The position numbers and the translations under genes were made by a program. The notes beneath the pieces are model-generated. The model saw nothing but the letters and a program-made list of their open reading frames with translations. It was not told the origin of the DNA and did not search any database. Shown here one piece after another: positions 55,801-64,000 of a DNA stretch of 64,000 nt. Origin of the DNA: Eledone cirrhosa (taxonomy: Eukaryota); contig OZ024758.1 of NCBI GenBank assembly GCA_964016885.1, positions 38,564,001-38,628,000 on the forward strand. Reading direction: 5' to 3'. Every line of letters begins with the position of its first letter. Within the stretch, counting starts at the first letter, position 1.

Positions 55801-58800
55801 AACTCCACTGTTGGTGAGAATTCATTTAAGTTCATGGTATTAGTTTGTCAGAAGTAACTCCACTGTTGGTGAGAATTCATTTAAGTCATGGTATTAGCTG
55901 TCAGAAGTAACTCCAATGTTGGTGAGAATTCATTTAAGTCATGGTACTAGCTCTCAGAAGTAACTCCACTGTTGGTGAGAATTCATTTAAGTTCATGGTA
56001 CTAGCTGTCAGAAGGAACTCCACTGTTGGTGAGAATTCATTTAAGTTCATGGTATTAGCTGTCAGAAGTAACTCCAATGTTGGTGAGAATTCATTTGAGT
56101 CATGGTACTAGCTGTCAGAATTAACTCCAATGTTGGTGAGAATTCAGTTAAGTTCATGGTATTAGCTGTCAGAAGGAACTCCACTGTTAGTGAGAATTCA
56201 TTTAAGTTCATTGTATTAGCTGTCAGAAGTAACTCCACTGTTGGTAAGAATTCATTTAAGTTCATGGTACTAGCTGTCAGAAGTAACTCCACTGTTGGTG
56301 AGAATTCATTTAAGTTCATGGTACTAGCTGTCAGAAGTAACTCCACTGTTGGTGAGAATTCATTTAAGTTCATGGTATTAGCTGTCAGAAGGAACTCCAC
56401 TGTTGGTGAGAATTCATTTAAGTTCATGGTACTAGCTGTCAGAAGTAACTCCAATGTTGGTGAGAATTCATTTAAGTTCATGGTATTAGCTGTCAGAAGG
56501 AACTCCACTGTTGGTGAGAATTCATTTAAGTCTTGGTATTAGTTGTCAGAAGTAACTCCAATGTTGGTGAGAATTCATTTAAGTTCATGGTACTAGCTGT
56601 CAGAAGTAACTCCACTGTTGGTGAGAATTCATTTAAGTTTATGGTACTAGCTGTCAGAAGTAACTCCAATGTTGGTGAGAATTCATTTAAGTTCATGGTA
56701 TTAGCTGTCAGAAGTAACTCCACTGTTGGTGAGAATTCATTTAAGTTCATGGTACTAGCTGTCAGAAGTAACTCCACTGTTGGTGAGAATTCATTTAAGT
56801 TCATGGTATTAGCTGTCAGAAGTAACTCCACTGTTGGTGAGAATTCATTTAAGTTCATGGTACTAGCTGTCAGAAGTAACCCCAATGTTGGTGAGAATTC
56901 ATTTAAGTTCATGGTATTAGCTGTCAGAAGTCACTCCAATGTTGGTGAGAATTCATTTAAGTTCATGGTATTAGCTGTCAGAAGTAACTCCACTGTTGGT
57001 GAGAATTCATTTAAGTTCATGGTATTAGCTGTCAGAAGTAACTCCACTGTTGGTGAGAATTCATTTAAGTTCATGGTATTAGCTGTCAGAAGGAACTCCA
57101 ATGTTGGTGAGAATTCATTTAAGTCATGGTACTAGCTGTCAGAAGTAACTCCACTGTTGGTGATAATCCATTTAAGTTCATGGTATTAGCTGTCAGAAGG
57201 AACGCCACTGTTGGTGAGAATTCATTTAAGTTCATGGTATTAGCTGTCAGAAGTAACTCCACTGTTGGTGAGAATTCATTTAAGTTCATGGTACTAGCTG
57301 TCAGAAGTAACTCCAATGTTGGTGAGAATTCATTTAAGTTCATGGTATTAGCTGTCAGAAGGAACTCCACTGTTGGTGAGAATTCATTTAAGTTCATGGT
57401 ATTAGCTGTCAGAAGTAACTCCACTGTTGGTGAGAATTCATTTAAGTTCATGGTACTAGTTGTCAGAAGTAACTCCGCTGTTGGTGAGAATTCATTTAAG
57501 TTCATGGTATTAGTTGTCAGAAGTAACTCCACTGTTGGTGAGAATTCATTTAAGTCATGGTATTAGTTGTCAGAAGTAACTCCAATGTTGGTGAGAATTC
57601 ATTTAGGTTCATGGTTCTAGCTGTCAGAAGTAACTCCACTGTTGGTGAGAATTCATTTAAGTTCATGGTATTAGCTGTCAGAAGTAACTCCACTGTTGGT
57701 GAGAATTCATTTAAGTCATGGTATTATCTGTCAGAAGTAACTCCATTGTTGGTGAGAATTCATTTAAGTCATCGTACTAGCTGTCAGAAGTAACTCCACT
57801 GTTGGTGAGAATTCATTTAAGTTCATGGTATTAGCTGTCAGAAGTAACTCCACTGTTGGTGAGAATTCATTTAAGTCATGGTATTAGCTGTCAGAAGTAA
57901 CTCCAATGTTGGTGAGAATTCATTTGAGTCATGGTACTAGCTGTCAGAATTAACTCCAATGTTGGTGAGAATTCAGTTAAGTTCATGGTATTAGCTGTCA
58001 GAAGGAAGTCCACTGTTGGTGAGAATTCATTTAAGTTCATGGTATTAGCTGTCAGAAGTAACTCCACTGTTGGTAAGAATTCATTTAAGTTCATGGTACT
58101 AGCTGTCAGAAGTAACTCCACTGTTGGTGAGAATTCATTTAAGTTCATGGTACTAGCTGTCAGAAGTAACTCCACTGTTGGTGAGAATTCAGTTAAGTTC
58201 ATGGTGTTAGTTGTCAGAAGTAACTCCACTGTTGGTGAGAATTCATTTAAATCATGGTATTAGTTGTCAGAAGTAACTCCAATGTTGGTGAGAATTCATT
58301 TAAGTTCATGGTACTAGCTGTCAGAAGTAACTCCACTGTTGGTGAGAATTCATTTAAGTTCATGGTAATAGTTTGTCAGAAGTAACTCCACTGTTGGTGA
58401 GAATTCATTTAAGTCATGGTATTAGTTGTCAGAAGTAACTCCAATGTTGGTGAGAATTCATTTAAGTTCATGGTACTAGCTGTCAGAAGTAACTCCACTG
58501 TTGGTGAGAATTCATTTAAGTTCATGGTATTAGCTGTCAGAAGTAACTCCACTGTTGGTGAGAATTCATTTAAGTCATGGTATTAGTTGTCAGAAGTAAC
58601 TCCAATGTTGGTGAGAATTCATTTAAGTTCATGGTACTAGCTGTTAGAAGTAACTCCACTGTTGGTGAGAATTCATTTAAGTTCATGGTATTAGCTGTCA
58701 GAAGTAACTCCACTGTTGGTGAGAATTCATTTAAGTCATGGTATTAGCTGTCAGAAGTAACTCCAATGTTGGTGAGAATTCATTTAAGTCATGGTACTAG

Positions 58801-61800
58801 CTCTCAGAAGTAACTCCAATGTTGGTGAGAATTCATTTAAGTTCATGGTACTAGCTGTCAGAAGGAACTCCACTGTTGGTGAGAATTCATTTAAGTTCAT
58901 GGTATTAGCTGTCAGAAGTAACTCCACTGTTGGTGAGAATTCATTTAAGTCATGGTATTAGCTGTCAGAAGTAACTCCAATGTTGGTGAGAATTCATTTA
59001 AGTTCATGGTATTAGTTGTCAGAAGTAACTCCACTGTTGGTGAGAATTCATTTAAGTTCATGGTACTAGCTGTCAGAAGTAACTCCACTGTTGGTGAGAA
59101 TTCATTTAAGTCATGGTATTAGCTGTCAGAAGTAACTCCAATGTTGGTGAGAATTCATTTAAGTTCATGGTATTAGTTGTCAGAAGTAACTCCACTGTTG
59201 GTGAGAATTCATTTAAGTCATGGTACTAGCTGTCAGAAGCAACTCCACTGTTGGTGAGAATTCATTTAAGTTCATTGTATTAGCTGTCAGAAGTAACTCC
59301 ACTGTTGGTGAGAATTCATTTAAGTCATGGTATCAGCTGTCAGAAGTAACTCCAATGTTGGTGAGAATTCATTTGAGTCATGGTACTAGCTGTCAGAATT
59401 AACTCCAATGTTGGTGAGAATTCAGTTAAGTTCATGGTATTAGCTGTCAGAAGGAACTCCACTGTTGGTGAGAATTCATTTAAGTTCATGGTATTAGCTG
59501 TCAGAAGTAACTCCACTGTTGGTAAGAATTCATTTAAGTTCATGGTACTAGCTGTCAGAAGTAACTCCAATGTTGGTGAGAATTCATTTAAGTTCATGGT
59601 ACTAGCTGTCAGAAGTAACTCCACTGTTGGTGAGAATTCATTTAAGTTCATGGTATTAGCTGTCAGAAGTAACTCCACTGTTGGTGAGAATTCATTTAAG
59701 TCATGGTATTAGCTGTCAGAAGTAACTCCATTGTTGGTGAGAATTCATTTAAGTCATGGTACTAGCTGTCAGAAGTAACTCCACTGTTGGTGAGAATTCA
59801 TTTAAGTTCATGGTATTAGCTGTCAGAAGGAACTCTACTGTTGGTGAGAATTCATTTAAGTTCATGGTATTAGCTGTCAGAAGTAACTCCACTGTTGGTG
59901 AGAATTCATTTAAGTTCATGGTATTAGTTTGTCAGAAGTAACTCCACTGTTGGTGAGAATTCATTTAAGTCATGGTATTAGTTGTCAGAAGTAACTCCAA
60001 TGTTGGTGAGAATTCATTTAAGTAATGGTATTAGTTGTCAGAAGTAACTCCAATGTTGGTGAGAATTCATTTAAGTTCATGGTACTAGCTGTCAGAATTA
60101 ACTCCACTGTTGGTGAGAATTCATTTAAGTTCATGGTATTAGCTGTCAGAAGTAACTCCACTGTTGGTGAGAATTCATTTAAGTCATGGTATTAGCTGTC
60201 AGAAGTAACTCCAATGTTGGTGAGAATTCATTTGAGTCATGGTACTAGCTGTCAGAATTAACTCCAATGTTGGTGAGAATTCAGTTAAGTTCATGGTATT
60301 AGCTGTCAGAAGGAAGTCCACTGTTGGTGAGAATTCATTTAAGTTCATGGTATTAGCTGTCAGAAGTAACTCCACTGTTGGTAAGAATTCATTTAAGTTC
60401 ATGGTACTAGCTGTCAGAAGTAACTCCACTGTTGGTGAGAATTCATTTAAGTTCATGGTACTAGCTGTCAGAAGTAACTCCACTGTTGGTGAGAATTCAT
60501 TTAAATCATGGTATTAGTTGTCAGAAGTAACTCCAATGTTGGTGAGAATTCATTTAAGTTCATGGTACTAGCTGTCAGAAGTAACTCCACTGTTGGTGAG
60601 AATTCATTTAAGTTCATGGTATTAGTTTGTCAGAAGTAACTCCACTGTTGGTGAGAATTCATTTAAGTCATGGTATTAGTTGTCAGAAGTAACTCCAATG
60701 TTGGTGAGAATTCATTTAAGTTCATGGTACTAGCTTTCAGAAGTTACTCCACTGTTGGTGAGAATTCATTTAAGTTCATGGTATTAGCTGTCAGAAGTAA
60801 CTCCACTGTTGGTGAGAATTCATTTAAGTCATGGTATTAGTTGTCAGAAGTAACTCCAATGTTGGTGAGAATTCATTTAAGTTCATGGAACTAGCTTTTA
60901 GAAGTAACTCCACTGTTGGTGAGAATTCATTTAAGTTCATGGAATTAGCTGTCACAAGTAACTCCACTGTTGGTGAGAATTCATTTAAGTCATGGTATTA
61001 GCTGTCAGAAGTAACTCCAATGTTGGTGAGAATTCATTTAAGTCATGGTACTAGCTCTCAGAAGTAACTCCAATGTTGGTGAGAATTCATTTAAGTTCAT
61101 GGTACTAGCTGTCAGAAGGAACTCCACTGTTGGTGAGAATTCATTTAAGTTCATGGTATTAGCTGTCAGAAGTAACTCCACTGTTGGTGAGAATTCATTT
61201 AAGTCATGGTATTAGCTGTCAGAAGTAACTCCAATGTTGGTGAGAATTCATTTAAGTTCATGGTATTAGTTGTCAGAAGTAACTCCACTGTTGGTGAGAA
61301 TTCATTTAAGTTCATGGTACTAGCTGTCAGAAGTAACTCCACTGTTGGTGAGAATTCATTTAAGTCATGGTATTAGCTGTCAGAAGTAACTCCAATGTTG
61401 GTGAGAATTCATTTAAGTTCATGGTATTAGTTGTCAGAAGTAACTCCACTGTTGGTGAGAATTCATTTAAGTCATGGTACTAGCTGTCAGAAGCAACTCC
61501 ACTGTTGGTGAGAATTCATTTAAGTTCATTGTATTAGCTGTCAGAAGTAACTCCACTGTTGGTGAGAATTCATTTAAGTCATGGTATTAGCTGTCAGAAG
61601 TAACTCCAATGTTGGTGAGAATTCATTTGAGTCATGGTACTAGCTGTCAGAATTAACTCCAATGTTGGTGAGAATTCAGTTAAGTTCATGGTATTAGCTG
61701 TCAGAAGGAACTCCACTGTTGGTGAGAATTCATTTAAGTTCATGGTATTAGCTGTCAGAAGTAACTCCACTGTTGGTAAGAATTCATTTAAGTTCATGGT

Positions 61801-63350
61801 ACTAGCTGTCAGAAGTAACTCCAATGTTGGTGAGAATTCATTTAAGTTCATGGTACTAGCTGTCAGAAGTAACTCCACTGTTGGTGAGGATTCATTTAAG
61901 TTCATGGTATTAGCTGTCAGAAGTAACTCCACTGTTGGTGAGAATTCATTTAAGTCATGGTATTAGCTGTCAGAAGTAACTCCATTGTTGGTGAGAATTC
62001 ATTTAAGTCATGGTACTAGCTGTCAGAAGTAACTCCACTGTTGGTGAGAATTCATTTAAGTTCATGGTATTAGCTGTCAGAAGGAACTCTACTGTTGGTG
62101 AGAATTCATTTAAGTTCATGGTATTAGCTGTCAGAAGTAACTCCACTGTTGGTGAGAATACATTTAAGTTCATGGTACTAGCTGTCAGAAGTAACTCCAC
62201 TGTTGGTGAGAATTCATTTAAGTTCATGGTACTAGCTGTCAGAAGGAACTCCACTGTTGGTGAGAATTCATTTAAGTTCATGGTATTAGCTGTCAGAAGT
62301 AACTCCAATGTTGGTGAGAATTCATTTAAGTCATGGTACTAGCTGTCAGAAGTAACTCCACTGTTGGTGAGAATTCATTTAAGTTCATGGTATTAGCTGT
62401 CAGAAGCAACTCCACTGTTGGTGAGAATTCATTTAAGTTCATGGTATTAGCTGTCAGAAGTAACTCCACTGTTGGTGAGAATTCATTTAAGTTCATGGTA
62501 CTAGCTGTCAGAAGTAACTCCAATGTTGGTGAGAATTCATTTAAGTTCATGGTATTAGCTGTCAGAAGTAACTCCACTGTTGGTGGGAATTCATTTAAGT
62601 TCATGGTATTAGCTGTCAGAAGTAACTCCACTGTTGGTGAGAATTCATTTAAGTTCATAGTACTAGCTGTCAGAAGTAACTCCACTGTTGGTGAGAATTC
62701 ATTTAAGTTCATGGTATTAGTTGTCAGAAGTAACTCCACTGTTGGTGAGAATTCATTTAAGTTCATGGTACTAGCTGTCAGAAGTAACTCCACTGTTGGT
62801 GAGAATTCATTTAAGTTCATGGTACTAGCTGTCAGAAGGAACTCCACTGTTGGTGAGAATTCATTTAAGTTCATGGTATTAGCTGTCAGAAGTAACTCCA
62901 CTGTTGGTGAGAATTCATTTAAGTTCATGGTACTAGCTGTCAGAAGTAACTCCAATGTTGGTGAGAATTCATTTAAGTTCATGGTACTAGCTGTCAGAAG
63001 TAACTCCACTGTTGGTGAGAATTCATTTAAGTTCATGGTACTAGCTGTCAGAATTAACTCCACTGTTGGTGAGAATTCATTTAAGTTCATGGTATTAGCT
63101 GTCAGAAGTAACTCCACTGTTGGTGAGAATTCATTTAAGTTCATGGTACTAGCTGTCAGAAGTAACTCCAATGTTGGAGAGAATTCATTTAAGTTCATGG
63201 TATTAGCTGTCAGAAGTAACTCCAATGTTGGTGAGAATTCATTTAAGTTCATGTTACTAGCTGTCAGAAGTAACTCCACTGTTGGTGAGAATTCATTTAA
63301 GTCATGGTATTAGCTGTCAGAAGTAACTCCAATGTTGGTGAGAATTCATT
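44140..63350. repeat. Large near-identical tandem duplication: about 44140-53880 copied to about 53880-63350 (offset 9732, then 9516, then 9462)
   Basis: ORF pairs from 44325/54057 to 50024/59756 are offset by 9732, 50723/60239 by 9516, and 52172/61634 and 52871/62333 by 9462. Shared private markers include gataatccat, ctccgctgtt, attatctgtc, gtcatcgtac, gaggattc, gtgggaattc and gttggagaga. Confidence 0.95.
48070..52690. repeat. Nested tandem duplication with a 2524-bp (47-monomer) period inside the 9.7-kb unit; mirrored at about 57800-62150
   Basis: ORF pairs 48199/50723, 49648/52172 and 50024/52548 are offset by 2524. Markers gctctcag (~49068/~51592), agcaactcc...ttcattgta and ggaactctac recur. 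Confidence 0.88.
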
Positions 63351-64000
63351 TGAGTCATGGTACTAGCTGTCAGAATTAACTCCAATGTTGGTGAGAATTC
63401 AGTTAAGTTCATGGTATTAGCTGTCAGAAGTAACTCCACTGTTGGTGAGAATTCATTTAAGTCATGGTATTAGCTGTCAGAAGTAACTCCATTGTTGGTG
63501 AGAATTCATTTAAGTCATGGTACTAGCTGTCAGAAGTAACTCCACTGTTGGTGAGAATTCATTTAAGTTCATGGTATTAGCTGTCAGAAGGAACTCTACT
63601 GTTGGTGAGAATTCATTTAAGTTCATGGTATTAGCTGTCAGAAGTAACTCCACTGTTGGTGAGAATACATTTAAGTTCATGGTACTAGCTGTCAGAAGTA
63701 ACTCCACTGTTGGTGAGAATTCATTTAAGTTCATGGTACTAGCTGTCAGAAGGAACTCCACTGTTGGTGAGAATTCATTTAAGTTCATGGTATTAGCTGT
63801 CAGAAGTAACTCCAATGTTGGTGAGAATTCATTTAAGTCATGGTACTAGCTGTCAGAAGTAACTCCACTGTTGGTGAGAATTCATTTAAGTTCATGGTAT
63901 TAGCTGTCAGAAGCAACTCCACTGTTGGTGAGAATTCATTTAAGTTCATGGTATTAGCTGTCAGAAGTAACTCCACTGTTGGTGAGAATTCATTTAAGTT
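61570..64000. repeat. Further tandem duplication starting at about 63300 (offset 1723, then 1507 after a 4-monomer loss), cut off by the window end
   Basis: Marker tttgagtc has its g at 61629 and 63352. Identical ORFs 62010/63517 carry the markers ggaactctac and gagaatacat. Confidence 0.85.

Larger units (their letters stand above)
1..64000. repeat. Tandem satellite DNA array with a 54-bp monomer (53-bp and +1/-1 indel variants), about 1,190 copies, single orientation, continuing past both window edges
   Basis: Consensus atggta(t/c)tagctgtcagaagtaactcca(c/a)tgttggtgagaattcatttaagttc recurs every 53-54 bp from start to end. Monomers usually differ from consensus by 0-4 bases. The translation is an 18-aa unit on both strands (MVLAVRSNSTVGENSFKF / MNLNEFSPTVELLLTANT). 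Confidence 0.99.

Noticed and set aside
15-63849. About 200 ORFs encoding (MVLAVRSNSTVGENSFKF)n or (MNLNEFSPTVELLLTANT)n as a repeat-protein gene, gene family or peptide precursor
   Set aside because: They follow directly from a 54-bp unit being a multiple of 3. They are broken by 1-bp indels every few monomers, have no unique domains or intergenic sequence, and show no bias toward synonymous change.
1-64000. CRISPR array or CRISPR-like repeat-spacer system
   Set aside because: There are no unique spacers. The more variable part of the monomer differs at only a few recurring positions, and there is no leader or cas gene.
1-64000. Programmed-frameshift, phase-variation or antigenic-variation cassette system
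   Set aside because: There is no expression locus, recombinase or unique flanking gene. The indels are inherited with duplicated blocks rather than arising in hypervariable homopolymers.
1-64000. Tandem tRNA, 5S rRNA, snRNA, spliced-leader or telomeric repeat array
   Set aside because: The 54-bp unit shows no cloverleaf, no recognisable RNA-gene motif and no short G-rich telomeric unit.
1-64000. Embedded transposon, inversion or hidden unique insert
   Set aside because: None was seen. The gaps in the ORF track (for example 48531-49488, 58263-59220, 60517-61594) are still ordinary monomers with more frequent 53-bp variants.
1-64000. Synthetic concatemer or sequencing artefact suggested by the many restriction sites
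   Set aside because: Nested sharing of rare variants across kb-scale duplicates indicates a real evolutionary history. Individual large duplications could still be misassembled.

Overview
The whole 64-kb window is one uninterrupted, head-to-tail tandem array of a 54-bp monomer: ATGGTA(T/C)TAGCTGTCAGAAGTAACTCCA(C/A)TGTTGGTGAGAATTCATTTAAGTTC. It holds about 1,190 copies, is about 37% GC, has no CpG in the consensus and has one EcoRI site per monomer. I saw no unique sequence, inversion, transposon, RNA gene or credible protein-coding gene. Every ORF in the track is explained by 54 = 18 x 3 with one stop-free frame on each strand, and most are broken by frequent 53-bp monomers. This is most consistent with eukaryotic satellite DNA, but I cannot name the family or organism from the sequence. 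The interesting signal lies in the pattern of monomer variants. There are linked variant modules and nested tandem duplications (periods 323, 1616, 1939, about 2.4-2.5 kb, 2908, 3066, 4197+3929=8126, 3769/2531, 2524 and 9732/9462 bp). There is also a variant-domain boundary near 39 kb, a monomer with compensating +1/-1 indels, and a clustered-mutation patch copied by a later duplication. I found no support for a new gene-based system. Duplication periods come from ORF-track offsets and rare marker variants; their boundaries are approximate (about one monomer).
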